From Verrucomicrobiota bacterium (lineage in GTDB: Bacteria; Verrucomicrobiota; Verrucomicrobiia; Opitutales; Seribacteraceae), in contig JAQBYT010000001.1 of the NCBI GenBank assembly GCA_027622665.1, positions 256,001 through 320,000 of the forward strand: a stretch of 64,000 bases of DNA, read 5' to 3'. The notes beneath the pieces are model-generated. The model worked only from the letters and a program-made list of their open reading frames with translations. It was not told the DNA's origin and searched no databases. Below are positions 30,527 through 42,503 of the stretch, one piece after another. The position numbers and the translations under genes were made by a program. Within the stretch, counting starts at the first letter, position 1. Each line of letters starts with the position of its first letter.

Positions 30527-30949
30527 TTAAAAGCTTTGTACGCGGGAAACAAGACGACAGCGAAATGGAAGTTTGGCGTCCGCAAGACTAAGGGCTTGAC
30601 GCGCGATAGTAATAGAACATCCAGCAACTTCGAACAAGACATGTCCTGGTCGAATGACTGCCACCCAATGATCTACCGGACCCTTTCCTTTTCCTTGACG
30701 AGTTTCGGCTGGTTTTTTCGTGACAGACTTGTGAGGAAAAACGCGAATCCAAACCTTTCCCTTACGCTTGAGGTGACGGTTTATTGCAACACGAGATGCC
30801 TCAATTTGATTTGAAGTCATACGACCACGAGTTAGTGATTGAATTCCATAATCACCAAAAGAAACTTTAGTTCCACGGGTAGCATTACCTCGAATTCTAC
30901 CTCTATGAATCTTGCGATACTTTGTCCGTGATGGAAGTAGCTTAGCCAT
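30527..30949 (-). CDS. rplP: 50S ribosomal protein L16
   Basis: [23 protein letters not shown]. Confidence 0.99.
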   Translation of the reverse strand: MAKLLPSRTKYRKIHRGRIRGNATRGTKVSFGDYGIQSLTRGRMTSNQIEASRVAINRHLKRKGKVWIRVFPHKSVTKKPAETRQGKGKGPVDHWVAVIRPGHVLFEVAGCSITIARQALSLADAKLPFRCRLVSRVQSF

Positions 30950-30983
30950 TGTAAATAATAAAGATTAAAATTTATAAGTCGAA

Positions 30984-31619
30984 TTAGAAAACGCGATCTT
31001 CATCCTTCAGACAAATCCAACATTTTATTCCAATGATGCCATAAACAGTCTTCGCCTCAATAAAACCATAGTCGATATTTTCTCGCAAAGTATGAAGAGG
31101 AACGCGGCCCTCTCTTTGTTTCTCTGTTCTGGCAATATCAGTTCCTCCCAATCGGCCGGCACATTGAATTCGAATTCCCTCGGCGCCCATAGACATAGTA
31201 GTCTGGACAGCCTTCTTCATCGCACGCCTGAAGGCTATCCGACGCTCCAGTTGAAGTGCTACGTTTTCGGCGACCAGGGAGGCTACGAGGTCAGGCTTTT
31301 TTACTTCCTGTATTTCGAGGCGAATCTCTTTTCCAATCCTCTTGTTTAATTCATCCCGCAGTCCGTCGAGCTCTTGCCCTTTCCGGCCAATTACAATACC
31401 GGGACGAGCAGTCCAAATAGTGACACGTGTTCTTGTGGAAGCACGTTCGATAACGACTCTAGGGACGGATGCGAAGCGTAGTTTCTTATCAAGATATTCT
31501 CTTATGCAAATATCTTCGTTGATAAATTTAGCGTAGTCGGTTTTGTTGGCATACCATCGTGCACTCCAGTTACGGCGAACCCCAAGCCGAAAACCAATCG
31601 GATTTACTTTTTGTCCCAT
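30984..31619 (-). CDS. rpsC: 30S ribosomal protein S3
   Basis: MGQKVNPIGFRLG, RPGIVIG, GRVPLHTLR. Confidence 0.99.
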   Translation of the reverse strand: MGQKVNPIGFRLGVRRNWSARWYANKTDYAKFINEDICIREYLDKKLRFASVPRVVIERASTRTRVTIWTARPGIVIGRKGQELDGLRDELNKRIGKEIRLEIQEVKKPDLVASLVAENVALQLERRIAFRRAMKKAVQTTMSMGAEGIRIQCAGRLGGTDIARTEKQREGRVPLHTLRENIDYGFIEAKTVYGIIGIKCWICLKDEDRVF

Positions 31620-31623
31620 AGTT

Positions 31624-31959
31624 TTAGGCGTTGTCGGAAAGTATGATACGGAAATGGCTCATACGCTTTTTGTATGGGTGAGCTGAGCCGCGAGCAGCGG
31701 GCCTAAATCGACGTAAGGCAGGCCCTTCCTCAACAATTGCCTCACGAATAAGCAAACTGTCGGCAGCTAAATTTGCATTGTTTTCAGCATTAGCCATAGC
31801 AGACTTCAAAGTTTTAACGAGCATACGAGCTGCTTTGCGAGGAATAAACTTTAGCAACTCGACTCCTTCACTAGCCGTACGACCAGGTAAAACACGTGCC
31901 ACCTCCCTCGCCTTTTTAGGAGAGATCCGTAAATATTTAGTATAAGCCTTAATTTCCAT
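31624..31959 (-). CDS. rplV: 50S ribosomal protein L22
   Basis: RISPKKAR, SAMANAENN, RFRPAARG. Confidence 0.98.
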   Translation of the reverse strand: MEIKAYTKYLRISPKKAREVARVLPGRTASEGVELLKFIPRKAARMLVKTLKSAMANAENNANLAADSLLIREAIVEEGPALRRFRPAARGSAHPYKKRMSHFRIILSDNA

Positions 31960-31961
31960 AG

Positions 31962-32231
31962 TCACTTTTGGGTGTGAGGGTTATGACTCCGGAAAGTACG
32001 TGTGTGTGAAAATTCACCTAGTTTATGGCCTACCATATTTTCAGTTACATATACGGTAAGAAAGTTCTTTCCATTGTGAACGGCCAAATTAAGTCCGACG
32101 AAATCAGGTGTAATTGTAGAGCGGCGCGACCAAGTCTTAATGGGTTTACGGTCGTCAGACTGCTGCGCCCTACGTACCTTTCTCTCCAAGCTTAGTTCGA
32201 CGAAATATCCTTTTTTAATAGAGCGTGACAT
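31962..32231 (-). CDS. rpsS: 30S ribosomal protein S19
   Basis: [26 protein letters not shown] at 32231. Confidence 0.99.
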   Translation of the reverse strand: MSRSIKKGYFVELSLERKVRRAQQSDDRKPIKTWSRRSTITPDFVGLNLAVHNGKNFLTVYVTENMVGHKLGEFSHTRTFRSHNPHTQK

Positions 32232-32257
32232 GAAATTATATCGGTTTAAAGGGTAGT

Positions 32258-33097
32258 TTATCTCTTCTTTCGACCGTTGCAACGGACGAGTATCTGTGAA
32301 TTTGAAGACTTTGACTTTTTCCGAGTCCGGAAGCCTTTTGAAAGTTGTCCCCATGGTGATGAAGGGTGACCGCCTCCGGAAGTTTTTCCCTCACCGCCAC
32401 CCATGGGGTGATCGACAGGATTCATCGCGACTCCCCTAACTCGAGGACGACGACCTTTCCAACGATTTCGGCCTGCCTTCCCTATCGTGGTATTTTGATG
32501 TTCAGAATTGCCAACTACACCTACCGTGGCACGACAGGTAGACTTAACTACCCGAATTTCTCCACTAGGCATTTTTAAAGTAGCATGGACGTCATCAATG
32601 GACATGATTCGGACTCCAACTCCTGCGGAACGTGCGAATTTGGCACCAGAACCAGCTAGAAGCTCGACGCAATGTACCCTCGTACCAATTGGAATGAAAG
32701 AAATTGGCATGGAGTTCCCAGGCTTAAAATCAATTTGCCCATTTGAACTTAAAAGAGTATCGCCAACTTCTACTCCTGAAGGTGCCGGTATGTAGCTTAA
32801 AGTTCCATCCTCGTATTTGAGGAGAACGATGTGGGATGTTCTGTTTGGATCATATTCAATAGCTTCTACCGTAGCCGGAACATCGATGATCTGCCGACGG
32901 AAATCAATAGTTCGATAAAGCCTTTTGTGCCCACCACCTCGACGACGGGAAGTAATGCGACCATAACTGTTACGACCCTTTTTGCGATGATGACCTTTCG
33001 TTAAGGAACGCTCGGGACGCTTGTCGGTAACCTCGGCTTTGTTGCGGACATAAAAACGCGAGGAGGGAGTTACGGGTTTATGATGTATGATGGCCAT
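32258..33097 (-). CDS. rplB: 50S ribosomal protein L2
   Basis: [32 protein letters not shown]. Confidence 0.99.
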   Translation of the reverse strand: MAIIHHKPVTPSSRFYVRNKAEVTDKRPERSLTKGHHRKKGRNSYGRITSRRRGGGHKRLYRTIDFRRQIIDVPATVEAIEYDPNRTSHIVLLKYEDGTLSYIPAPSGVEVGDTLLSSNGQIDFKPGNSMPISFIPIGTRVHCVELLAGSGAKFARSAGVGVRIMSIDDVHATLKMPSGEIRVVKSTCRATVGVVGNSEHQNTTIGKAGRNRWKGRRPRVRGVAMNPVDHPMGGGEGKTSGGGHPSSPWGQLSKGFRTRKKSKSSNSQILVRCNGRKKR

Positions 33098-33116
33098 TAT
33101 GAAAATTGTTTAGAGA

Positions 33117-33407
33117 TTAGGCCCCAAAATCTATCGCGTCGCCTTGCTTAAGGGTGACAATTGCTTTCTTCATGCCGCCCTTAGAGCCAAGCCGGTTGCG
33201 ACGAGTCCGGTCACGCTTAAGTTTTGGTTTCTGGTTTATGATGTTCACCTTTGTCACCGTGACGCCGAAGGTTCTTTCAACCGATTCGGAAACATTAGCC
33301 TTAGATGCTGCAGGGTGCACCTTGAACAAATATTTATTACTAGCAGAAAGCAATGTCGCTTTTTCGGTAAGCAATGCTTCTAGCAGAATGTCTGCAGGCT
33401 CACTCAT
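33117..33407 (-). CDS. rplW: 50S ribosomal protein L23
   Basis: LTEKA, KKAIVTL; operon position. Confidence 0.97.
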   Translation of the reverse strand: MSEPADILLEALLTEKATLLSASNKYLFKVHPAASKANVSESVERTFGVTVTKVNIINQKPKLKRDRTRRNRLGSKGGMKKAIVTLKQGDAIDFGA

Positions 33408-34048
33408 TTGGATGCATCGTCCTTTCCTACTTTCGCTAATAAAACCTCGAGTCCACTAATACTAAAAATGACTTTGTCGGCTAAAACCAAATCCAATGGA
33501 CTCAGGTCTTGAGCTCTAGCGAGGGTAATCCGAGAAACATTACGAGCAGCAAAACCGAAGTTATCCTCGAATGCATCATCAACGATGAGAGAGCGTCGGG
33601 ATTCGGGTATTACCTTATCAATAACATCAGTAAAATGCTTTGTCTTAGCTTCAGAAACTTTCCACTCTTCAATAAGCGAAAGCTTACCCTCAGTAGATCC
33701 GTCAAACAATGCTCGAGCAAGTGCAAGACGTTTAGTTTTACGGTTTACTTTCTGATTGTATGAACGAGGTTTCGGCCCAAAAACCACACCGCCACCACGA
33801 CGCTGAACTGCTTTCTTGTCTCCTACACGGCCAGCACCCAATCCTTTTTGGCGTTGAATTTTCTTTCCGGAACCCCTGACTTCGCCTCGTGTTTTTGTTG
33901 ACGCGTTTCCTTGGCGTTTGTTCGACCGGATGGCTAAAATTGCTTGTCGAAGGGCATCGACTCCTTTGTTTTTTTCAAAATTCATGAAAGACGGGTAGTC
34001 TCGCTCACCGTCTTCGGTGCCGTCAGAAGTAAAATAAGGAAATTTCAT
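33404..34048 (-). CDS. rplD: 50S ribosomal protein L4
   Basis: RQGNASTKTRGEV, RQKG, GGGVVFGPKP. Confidence 0.98.
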   Translation of the reverse strand: MKFPYFTSDGTEDGERDYPSFMNFEKNKGVDALRQAILAIRSNKRQGNASTKTRGEVRGSGKKIQRQKGLGAGRVGDKKAVQRRGGGVVFGPKPRSYNQKVNRKTKRLALARALFDGSTEGKLSLIEEWKVSEAKTKHFTDVIDKVIPESRRSLIVDDAFEDNFGFAARNVSRITLARAQDLSPLDLVLADKVIFSISGLEVLLAKVGKDDASK

Positions 34049-34066
34049 TTAAACGAATAAATTGGT

Positions 34067-34717
34067 TCAGGATGCCTTACGAATTTTCTTCGCAACCCTA
34101 ACAGTGACTAAGGAGTTCTTGTGCCCAGGTACACTTCCCTTAAGTAGAATTATGTTTTTTTCTGGGATGATCTTGACGATTTTTAAGTTTTGAGTCGTAC
34201 GACTCTTATTGCCCATATGTCCAGGCATCTTTTTGTTCTTAAATACACGACCAGGCCATTGACAAAGGCCATAACTCCCACCGCGTCGATGGAACATCGA
34301 ACCATGTGAAGCAGGTCCTCCCTTGAAATTCCAACGCTTAACCACGCCTTGGAAACCTCGCCCTTTAGTTACGGCGATGACATCTACTGTTTCAATGTCT
34401 GAGAACTTCTCGACGGTTAATACATTCCCGGGTTCATATTCAGACGAATCCCCAATAATCGTAAATTCTTGCAATTTCTGCTGGTGTTCGACACCTGCCT
34501 TTGTCGCATGTCCCTTGGCAGGACGCGTTACCTTATTAGGTGATTTACCTTTGGGATTATAACCAATTTGTACGGAATCGTATCCGTCGTTAGCAGAGGT
34601 CTTAACCTGCAAAACAGGACAAGGACCAGCTTGTATGATGGTTACCGGGACGAGATTATTATCCTCGTCGTATACTTGGGTCATGCCAAGTTTTGTGCCT
34701 ATTAGTGCAAATGTCAT
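34067..34717 (-). CDS. rplC: 50S ribosomal protein L3
   Basis: KLGMTQ, KGRGFQGVVKR, KKMPGHMG, KGSVPG. Confidence 0.99.
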   Translation of the reverse strand: MTFALIGTKLGMTQVYDEDNNLVPVTIIQAGPCPVLQVKTSANDGYDSVQIGYNPKGKSPNKVTRPAKGHATKAGVEHQQKLQEFTIIGDSSEYEPGNVLTVEKFSDIETVDVIAVTKGRGFQGVVKRWNFKGGPASHGSMFHRRGGSYGLCQWPGRVFKNKKMPGHMGNKSRTTQNLKIVKIIPEKNIILLKGSVPGHKNSLVTVRVAKKIRKAS

Positions 34718-34767
34718 CTTTAAGCGGCAGGCGGGTTAATCCTTTAAGGTAATAACCTGCTTTAAAG
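34718..34767 (-). promoter_or_regulatory. stem-loop abutting the rplC start codon (candidate translational operator)
   Basis: mRNA CUUUAAAGCAGGUUA...UAACCCGCCUGCCGCUUAAAG-AUG with nested complementary segments. Confidence 0.45.
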
Positions 34768-34808
34768 TAAAGTTATTGTTTATATGATTCTAGAGAGATT
34801 AAAAAGAA

Positions 34809-35117
34809 CTAGATGTTAAGAGTGATTTCTACGCCTGCCGGAAGATTCAGTTTTTTCAACTCATCAACTGTTTGTACGGTGGGTTCGAGAATATCGATTA
34901 AGCGCTTGTGAGTTCGCAGTTCGAATTGATCCATAGACTTCTTGTCAACGTGCGGCGAGCGATTTACAGTGTAACGCTCAATGCGAGTGGGCATTGGGAT
35001 AGGACCAGCAACACGGGCACCTGTACGCTTGGCAGTATCGACAATATCAGACGCTGATTGATCGATCACTCTGTTGTCGAAACCTTTGAGTTTTATACGT
35101 ATACGTTGGCCAGTCAT
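34809..35117 (-). CDS. rpsJ: 30S ribosomal protein S10
   Basis: [27 protein letters not shown]. Confidence 0.99.
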   Translation of the reverse strand: MTGQRIRIKLKGFDNRVIDQSASDIVDTAKRTGARVAGPIPMPTRIERYTVNRSPHVDKKSMDQFELRTHKRLIDILEPTVQTVDELKKLNLPAGVEITLNI

Positions 35118-35158
35118 TGATATGATATACTACAGTCTATGGTACGGTTTGATGGAAA

Positions 35159-37315
35159 TTATGTTCGAGCAGGTTGGCGCGAAATCGAAGCCACCAACGT
35201 CTCGACCAGACTTTGGGGAACTTGCTCGAAGTGTAAAGGAGTCATAGAATAATCTGCTCGACCTGAAGAAAGTGAGCGCATATCGGTAGAGTAGCCAAAC
35301 ATCTGTTCAAGAGGAACATGAGATTCAAGCACGCATAAATTCCCTCGACTCTCCATGCCTTGAATTTGTCCTCGACGACGATTCAAGTCACCCATCAACT
35401 CTCCTTGATATTCTTCAGGAGTAGTGACCTCAACCTTCATAATAGGCTCCAAAAGGATAGGGTTAGCTTTTTTCATTGCATCCTTCAAAGCAAAGATGCC
35501 AGCCATCTTAAAGGCCATTTCAGAGGAGTCGACGTCGTGAAAAGTTCCATCGACGAGAGTTACCTTAATATCGATCACGGGGTATCCTGCCACAACTCCG
35601 TTGAGGGCTGCCTCGGTTATACCATCAAAAGTAGGCTTGATAAACTCTTTCGGAATGCTTCCTCCAACAATTTTATTCTCCAGTTCGATACCCTTTCCTT
35701 TTTCATTGGGTTCCAGTTTTATGACAGCGTGACCATATTGTCCACGACCACCGGATTGACGAACAAACTTTCCGACACCCTCAGATGACGTTAAAATAGT
35801 TTCGCGGTAAGCAATTTGCGGTTTCCCTGCAGTAGCTTGTACTTTAAATTCACGAAACAAACGGTCACGAATGATATCAAGGTGTAATTCCCCCATCCCC
35901 GAGATGATTGTCTGTCCGGTTTCTTCGTTAGAAGTAAGGGTAAAAGTAGGATCTTCTTCCGCTAAACGCTGAAGGCCAATAGACATCTTCTCCTGATCGG
36001 CCTTTGTTGCGGGTTCGATAGACATGGAAATAACTGGATCCGGAAAAGTAGGTGGTTCAAGTCGTATATCCAAATCGCGATCAGCAAGGGTGTCTCCCGT
36101 AACAACATTTTTCACGCCGATTAGGGCACATATGTCGCCAGAATATGCTGTTTCTATGTCCTCGCGATCATTTGATTTCATTATCATCAAGCGAGAGATC
36201 CTCTCCGACTTGCGGGTGCGCGGATTATACAGAGTAGAACCCTTTCGAAGACAACCTTGGTAAACCCGATAAAAAACTAATTTACCGACATAAGGATCCG
36301 ACATCAATTTGAATGCTAGACCCGCAACTTTTCCATTGTCGTTTGGATAAACTTCAGCTTCATTCCCATCTGAGTCTTGTCCCTTCGTTGGTGGCAAATC
36401 AAGAGGAGACGGAAGGTAATCGACAACCGCATCCATAAGCATTTGAACACCTTTGTTCTTGAAGGCGCTACCTGGAATGACACCTACAAATTTAAGGGTG
36501 AGAGTAGCCTTACGAATACCGAACTTTAATTCATGTTCAGATATATCAATACCATCAAGATACTTGGATGCAATATCGTCATCAAAGTCTGAAATGGCCT
36601 CGATGAGAGTCTCCCTGTACTCATTCGCTTGTTCAATGAACTCCTCAGGAATAGCAACAACATCAAATTTAACTCCGCTAACATCGCTTGCGTCGTAAAT
36701 ACAAGCATTCATTTTAACCAAGTCAATAAGACCCCTGAATTGATCCTCGGCACCAATGGGCAGATAAAGCGGATGAGCGTTCGCTCCGAGTTTATCTCTC
36801 AAAGTGCGGACGGCATGCAAAAAGTCAGAGCCCATGCGATCCATTTTATTTATGAAACCGATGCGAGGCACACTGTACTTGTCCATCTGCCTCCAAACCG
36901 TTTCTGACTGAGGCTGAACTCCTTCAACAGAGGTAAAGACGGCAACTGCACCATCAAGTACACGGAGAGACCGTTCAACTTCTGCCGTAAAATCTACATG
37001 TCCCGGAGTATCAATAATGTTAATGCGGTGAGACTGTTCAGCAAATGGCCCATCTTTTGTGCTCCATTCACAAGAGATCGCTGCAGATGTTATTGTAATT
37101 CCGCGCTCACGTTCTTGCTCCATCCAATCAGTGGTCGCACACCCATCATGCACTTCACCGAGTTGATGAACCACACCTGTATAAAAAAGAACTCTTTCAG
37201 TTAATGTAGTTTTACCTGCATCAATGTGAGCGGCAATACCTATATTCCTTGTACACTCTAGAGTACGAGGTCTATCAGGCGAATTTACCAGAGAATTATC
37301 TGTCGTGGAACTCAT
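35159..37315 (-). CDS. fusA: elongation factor G
   Basis: [31 protein letters not shown]. Confidence 0.99.
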   Translation of the reverse strand: MSSTTDNSLVNSPDRPRTLECTRNIGIAAHIDAGKTTLTERVLFYTGVVHQLGEVHDGCATTDWMEQERERGITITSAAISCEWSTKDGPFAEQSHRINIIDTPGHVDFTAEVERSLRVLDGAVAVFTSVEGVQPQSETVWRQMDKYSVPRIGFINKMDRMGSDFLHAVRTLRDKLGANAHPLYLPIGAEDQFRGLIDLVKMNACIYDASDVSGVKFDVVAIPEEFIEQANEYRETLIEAISDFDDDIASKYLDGIDISEHELKFGIRKATLTLKFVGVIPGSAFKNKGVQMLMDAVVDYLPSPLDLPPTKGQDSDGNEAEVYPNDNGKVAGLAFKLMSDPYVGKLVFYRVYQGCLRKGSTLYNPRTRKSERISRLMIMKSNDREDIETAYSGDICALIGVKNVVTGDTLADRDLDIRLEPPTFPDPVISMSIEPATKADQEKMSIGLQRLAEEDPTFTLTSNEETGQTIISGMGELHLDIIRDRLFREFKVQATAGKPQIAYRETILTSSEGVGKFVRQSGGRGQYGHAVIKLEPNEKGKGIELENKIVGGSIPKEFIKPTFDGITEAALNGVVAGYPVIDIKVTLVDGTFHDVDSSEMAFKMAGIFALKDAMKKANPILLEPIMKVEVTTPEEYQGELMGDLNRRRGQIQGMESRGNLCVLESHVPLEQMFGYSTDMRSLSSGRADYSMTPLHFEQVPQSLVETLVASISRQPART

Positions 37316-37359
37316 TGATAAAAGTTAGTGAAAATAATAGCAGACAGAGGAATATTGTA

Positions 37360-37833
37360 TCACCACCTAAGGTGAGCAAATGCTCGATTGGCTTGTGCCA
37401 TACGATGCTGTTCTTCCTTTTTCTTCACTACGCTCCCTGCATTATTGTATGCATCGATAAGTTCGTTTGCCAAAGCTTCGCGCATCGGTACTCCTTTACG
37501 AGAACCTGCAGCACGTACGACCCAACGAAAAGCTACACTCTGCTGTCGCTCAAAATGCACTTCCATGGGCACTTGGTAGGTTGCTCCACCAACTCGACGA
37601 CTTTTGACTTCAATTTTGGGTCGTATATTCTCAAGTGCTCCCAGTACCAACTCTACTGGATTACCCTTGCCAATTTTTTCCGCCATCAATTCGATCGCAC
37701 CATACACGATACCTTGAGCAGTAGACTTTTTCCCGTCCCGCATGATCATATTAATCAGTGACCCGATTATTATGCTCCCGTGCAGGGGGTCGGGTAAGGG
37801 AATACGTTTAGTTGCTCTTCTGCGGCGGGACAT
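37360..37833 (-). CDS. rpsG: 30S ribosomal protein S7
   Basis: GKKSTA, RRVGGATYQVP, MAQANRAFAH. Confidence 0.99.
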   Translation of the reverse strand: MSRRRRATKRIPLPDPLHGSIIIGSLINMIMRDGKKSTAQGIVYGAIELMAEKIGKGNPVELVLGALENIRPKIEVKSRRVGGATYQVPMEVHFERQQSVAFRWVVRAAGSRKGVPMREALANELIDAYNNAGSVVKKKEEQHRMAQANRAFAHLRW

Positions 37834-37872
37834 ATTGCTAAATCTGAGTTAAAAAAGAAAAGTTAGGGCAAA

Positions 37873-38256
37873 TTAGGATTTCTTTTCCCTAGGCCGTTTT
37901 ACTCCGTACTTTGATCTACTGCGACGACGCTTTTCCACTCCCTGACAATCCAAAGTGCCCCTTACGATATGATAGCGAACTCCATTGAGATCCTTTACGC
38001 GACCGCCTCGCACAAGCACAATGCTGTGCTCTTGCAGGTTGTGACCTTCGTCCGGAATGTATGCAATTACCTCTAACCCGGTGGTAAGGCGCACTTTTGC
38101 GACCTTTCGAATTGCAGAGTTAGGTTTCTTAGGGGTACGAGTAGTAACCTGAACACAAACGCCCCTGCGGAAAGGACAAGCCTTAAGAGCCGGAGACTTT
38201 GTCTTTACCTTCTTAGCTTTTCGTCCTTTACGGACTAGCTGATTGATTGTGGGCAT
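37873..38256 (-). CDS. rpsL: 30S ribosomal protein S12
   Basis: [29 protein letters not shown]. Confidence 0.99.
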   Translation of the reverse strand: MPTINQLVRKGRKAKKVKTKSPALKACPFRRGVCVQVTTRTPKKPNSAIRKVAKVRLTTGLEVIAYIPDEGHNLQEHSIVLVRGGRVKDLNGVRYHIVRGTLDCQGVEKRRRSRSKYGVKRPREKKS

Positions 38257-38351
38257 TGGAGTGTTGAGAAAAGCGGTTGTTTATATCAGGTTGTTATAAT
38301 CTTACCAGCTTTTTTTCTGTAAATTTGCAAAAAACTTAAAACAGAGGGTCT

Positions 38352-41300
38352 TCAAGCAGTCTTTCCCTCAGCTGCAGGAACTGAGCCGAGAGTATCTATT
38401 TTCAGGCGACGCCATTTAGGCAAACCTGTTCCGGCAGGAATGAGATGCCCCATAATAACATTTTCCTTGAACCCTCGTAGGTCGTCCACTTTGCCAAGAG
38501 TAGCAGCGGTTGTTAAAACACGCGTTGTTTCCTGAAAGGATGCTGCAGAGATAAAACTGTCCGTTTCCAATGAAGCCTTGGTTATGCCGAGAAGAATGGG
38601 TTCGCCGTCAGCTGGTTTGCCACCCTTTTCGACAATTTCTTCATTTGCATCCATAAATGCGAAGCGGTCGATCTGGTCTCCCCAGAAATATTCAGTGTCG
38701 CCGGGATCGGTAATCCGCACCTTGAATAGCATTCGAGAAATTATTACCTCAAGGTGCTTGTCGTTGATCGTGACCCCTTGTAGTCGATAAACTTTCTGAA
38801 TTTCCTCGATGAGATATTCCTGCACTGCAGAAGGTCCGAGGATATCTAAAATCTCTTGCGGATCCTTGGCCCCATCTGTGACGAGTTGACCCTTGTACGC
38901 AATGTCGCCCGGTTGAACTAACACATGCTTTCCGTGGGGAATAAGATGCTCTTCGACTTGTCCGCTTTCCTCATTCGTGATCAATAGACGCTTTTTAGAC
39001 CGTAAGGTTCCTGCCTCAGAAACAATTCCGTCGATTTTTGCCATTTGTCCAGCATTGTTTTCTTTGGGTCGACGAGCTTCAAAAAGTTCAGCGACTCGAG
39101 GCAATCCTCCGGTGATGTCCTGGGTCTTGGCAGCTTGGCGTGGAGTTTTTGCAATAATCGAACCGGCATCGATACGAGTACCCTCGTCAACGGAAATCTG
39201 TGCACCTGTTGGAATGGAATAGGTGGCTATAACCTTACCTTTTTCATCGTGAATCTCAACTTGAGGATTAAGATCTTTCTTGTGCTCTATAACAACCATC
39301 GCAGTACCACCTGAGGCATCGCGTTCCCCCTTTGTGGTAACTCCGGGTATCATATCCATGTAAGCAACTACGCCCTGCTTTTCTGAAAGAATCGGAATGT
39401 TGTAAGGATCCCATTGAGCAAGAAGATCATCAGCTTGAACCTCGTCATCCTGTTTGAAATGAAGCAGTGCTCCTGCAGGTACGGGATAATCGTCTAGCAC
39501 TCGATCGTCTTCGTCCCGGACCTGAATCGAACCAGTTTTATTCAGGGTTACTTGCTGTCCATTTTCGAGAGTAACTAGTCGTAATCCGCGGAAATGCAAT
39601 TTACCCGCGCTGCGACCATTGATAACAGGATCTTCACGCCCCGCACTTGCAATGCCTCCGATATGAAAGGTGCGCATGGTCAACTGTGTTCCGGGCTCTC
39701 CAATTGATTGAGCCGCAATGATTCCAATAGCTGCCCCTTCCACAACTAACTTATTGGTGGACGGATCGATCCCGTATTCAAGGGCCGAAATGCCATTTTT
39801 CAAACGGGTGGAAAACGGCGACAGAATGCGAACTCTTAAAATTCCACTGGAATCGATTTTTTCGGCAATTTCCTCGGTGATCAAATCACCCGAGCAAACG
39901 ATTAATTCGGAAGGATTGGATGGGTTTGGGATATCTTCGGAGGAGTATCGACCCGTGATACGCTGACGCAGAGGAACAATTTCATTATCACCATCCACAA
40001 TGGCTTTCTTCCAGACACCGTCACGACGCCCATCATCATTACATTCAATGATGGTATCCATCGCCACATCGCACAATTTGCGAGTCAGGTAGCCTGCATC
40101 CGCAGTCTTGAGAGCAGTATCAGCCAAACCCTTACGAGCTCCATGAGTTGACATGAAATATTCCAGTACAGACAAACCTTCACGAAAAGAGGAAAGAATG
40201 GGTTGCTCTATGATCTCACCTGAAGGTTTGGCCATAAGTCCGCGCATGCCACAAAGTTGGCGAACTTGCTGACGATTGCCACGGGCGCCCGAATCCATCA
40301 TTAAAAATACGGGGTTTATAGTATCTTTTCCTTGGTTTTCCTCTAAGCAATTGTAAACTTCTTTAGCAATATCATCCGTAGCGTTGGTCCAGACGTCTAT
40401 TATTTTGTTGTGGCGTTCACCGCGCGTAATAATCCCCTTTTTGAATTGATCTTCAACCTTATCGATTTCCTTACGAGCTTTTACGATTTTCTCTTCCTTT
40501 GTCGGAGGAATAATCATATCGAAAATACCGATTGATATTCCCGCTTTAGTAGCATACTCGAAGCCCAATTCTTTTAGGCGGTCGAGAGAAGCAACAGTCT
40601 CCTCTTTTCCCAACGCCTTAAAGGTCTCAAGGATCAAATCGCCCACACCGCCCTTAAGGGCCGGTTCATTAAAAAATCCGAGTTCCTTTGGCCAAATAGT
40701 ATTAAAGAGCACACGGCCCACTGTCGTCCGGATAATGCTTTTTCCACTTATCCCGAAAATTGTATCTCGTCCTTTGTCGGGATTGCTCAAATCGATCCAG
40801 TCGTGAAGCTTCAAAGCTCCCTCATGCATAGCGGTTAGAGCTTCTTCGAAAGAGGCGATAAGGGGTAACCGAGCACCCTCATCGGGCTCTTCGCCACGTG
40901 GATTCATCGAGAGATAATATGATCCAAGAACAATATCCTGAGAAGGCGTAAGTATAGGCTTGCCGCTTGATGGAGAAAAGATGTTGTGTGTAGAAAGCAT
41001 CAAGAGCTTGGCTTCCATGATAGCCTCCAGAGACAGCGGCACGTGTACGGCCATCTGATCCCCATCGAAATCCGCATTGTAAGGCGTGCACACCAAGGGG
41101 TGAATCCGTATGGCGTTACCTTCGATTAAGACTGGCTCGAAGGCTTGAACGGAAAGGCGGTGAAGGGTAGGGGCACGATTTAACAAAACGGGATGACCCT
41201 TGGTCACCTCTTCAAGTATGTCCCAAACCTCAGGGGACTTACCCTCGATCATTTTGCGAGCACCTCTGACCGTATGGACAAAACCAAGCTCCTTGAGCCG

Positions 41301-42449
41301 ACGAATAATGAAAGGTTCGAAAAGGGTGAGAGCCATTTTTTTCGGCAACCCGCACTGGTGAAGCTTCAGTTCCGGACCAATCACGATTACTGAACGTCCG
41401 GAATAATCTACACGCTTACCCAAAAGGTTTTGCCGAAATCGGCCCTGCTTACCCTTCAGCATGTCGCTCATTGATTTCAGTGCCCTATTGCCGGAACCAG
41501 TAATTGCGCGCCCATGCCGACCGTTGTCAAAAAGAGCATCCACCGCCTCTTGAAGCATACGCTTTTCGTTATGAATGATAACGTCCGGAGTCTTAAGTTG
41601 AAGAAGGTTTTTCAGGCGGTTGTTACGATTAATAACCCTCCGATAAAGATCATTGAGATCACTGGTCGCAAAACGCCCCCCCTCTAGGGGGACAAGAGGC
41701 CTCAGGTCTGGAGGTATTACCGGTATGGTTTCCAAAATCATCCACTCGGGTTGTGCTCCTGAAGAAATGAACCCTTGAATGATTTTTAGTCGGTGAGAGA
41801 GCTTTTTCTTGATCTGCTTAGACTTGGTTTCGTGCATTTGCTCATACAGTTCCTCAAGCGATTCTTCCAAATCCATACGAGAAAGTACATCCATGAGAGC
41901 CTCTGCACCCATCTTGGCCTCGAATTCATCGCCATACTCGTCGCAAGCTTCATGAAACTCTCTATCCGATAATAATTGCTTCTCTTCCAGGGGGGTGGTT
42001 CCGGCGTCAGTTACCATGTATTGCTCATAATACAGAACTCTCTCGAGGCTCTTGGCTGTCATGTTCATCAACAGACCAAGTCGGCTAGGCATACTCTTGA
42101 GAAACCAAATGTGGGAAACTGGTACGGCTAATTCGATATTTCCCATACGCTCACGCCGAACACGAGAAACAGTTACCTCGACACCACAACGATCACACAC
42201 CACACCTTTGTACTTGATGCGTTTGTATTTTCCACAGGCACATTCGTAGTCGCGCACGGGACCAAATATCTTTTGACAAAAAAGACCGCCAGGCTCGGGC
42301 TTAAAGGTCCGATAGTTTATTGTCTCGGGATTCTTTACCTCGCCTCGAGCCCATGATCGGATTACGTCCGGGGAGGCAACAGTAATGGATACTCGATCCA
42401 TGGGTCCAACTTCTATTCCGAGAGCTTCTTTGGCTGCATCGACGCTCAT
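38352..42449 (-). CDS. rpoC: RNA polymerase subunit beta'
   Basis: CACGKY...CDRCG zinc site, [23 protein letters not shown]. Confidence 0.99.
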   Translation of the reverse strand: MSVDAAKEALGIEVGPMDRVSITVASPDVIRSWARGEVKNPETINYRTFKPEPGGLFCQKIFGPVRDYECACGKYKRIKYKGVVCDRCGVEVTVSRVRRERMGNIELAVPVSHIWFLKSMPSRLGLLMNMTAKSLERVLYYEQYMVTDAGTTPLEEKQLLSDREFHEACDEYGDEFEAKMGAEALMDVLSRMDLEESLEELYEQMHETKSKQIKKKLSHRLKIIQGFISSGAQPEWMILETIPVIPPDLRPLVPLEGGRFATSDLNDLYRRVINRNNRLKNLLQLKTPDVIIHNEKRMLQEAVDALFDNGRHGRAITGSGNRALKSMSDMLKGKQGRFRQNLLGKRVDYSGRSVIVIGPELKLHQCGLPKKMALTLFEPFIIRRLKELGFVHTVRGARKMIEGKSPEVWDILEEVTKGHPVLLNRAPTLHRLSVQAFEPVLIEGNAIRIHPLVCTPYNADFDGDQMAVHVPLSLEAIMEAKLLMLSTHNIFSPSSGKPILTPSQDIVLGSYYLSMNPRGEEPDEGARLPLIASFEEALTAMHEGALKLHDWIDLSNPDKGRDTIFGISGKSIIRTTVGRVLFNTIWPKELGFFNEPALKGGVGDLILETFKALGKEETVASLDRLKELGFEYATKAGISIGIFDMIIPPTKEEKIVKARKEIDKVEDQFKKGIITRGERHNKIIDVWTNATDDIAKEVYNCLEENQGKDTINPVFLMMDSGARGNRQQVRQLCGMRGLMAKPSGEIIEQPILSSFREGLSVLEYFMSTHGARKGLADTALKTADAGYLTRKLCDVAMDTIIECNDDGRRDGVWKKAIVDGDNEIVPLRQRITGRYSSEDIPNPSNPSELIVCSGDLITEEIAEKIDSSGILRVRILSPFSTRLKNGISALEYGIDPSTNKLVVEGAAIGIIAAQSIGEPGTQLTMRTFHIGGIASAGREDPVINGRSAGKLHFRGLRLVTLENGQQVTLNKTGSIQVRDEDDRVLDDYPVPAGALLHFKQDDEVQADDLLAQWDPYNIPILSEKQGVVAYMDMIPGVTTKGERDASGGTAMVVIEHKKDLNPQVEIHDEKGKVIATYSIPTGAQISVDEGTRIDAGSIIAKTPRQAAKTQDITGGLPRVAELFEARRPKENNAGQMAKIDGIVSEAGTLRSKKRLLITNEESGQVEEHLIPHGKHVLVQPGDIAYKGQLVTDGAKDPQEILDILGPSAVQEYLIEEIQKVYRLQGVTINDKHLEVIISRMLFKVRITDPGDTEYFWGDQIDRFAFMDANEEIVEKGGKPADGEPILLGITKASLETDSFISAASFQETTRVLTTAATLGKVDDLRGFKENVIMGHLIPAGTGLPKWRRLKIDTLGSVPAAEGKTA

Positions 42450-42503
42450 ATTGAGAACTCCTTTGTGATTTGTGAAATAAAATTAAGCGGGTAGGGGACA
42501 GTA

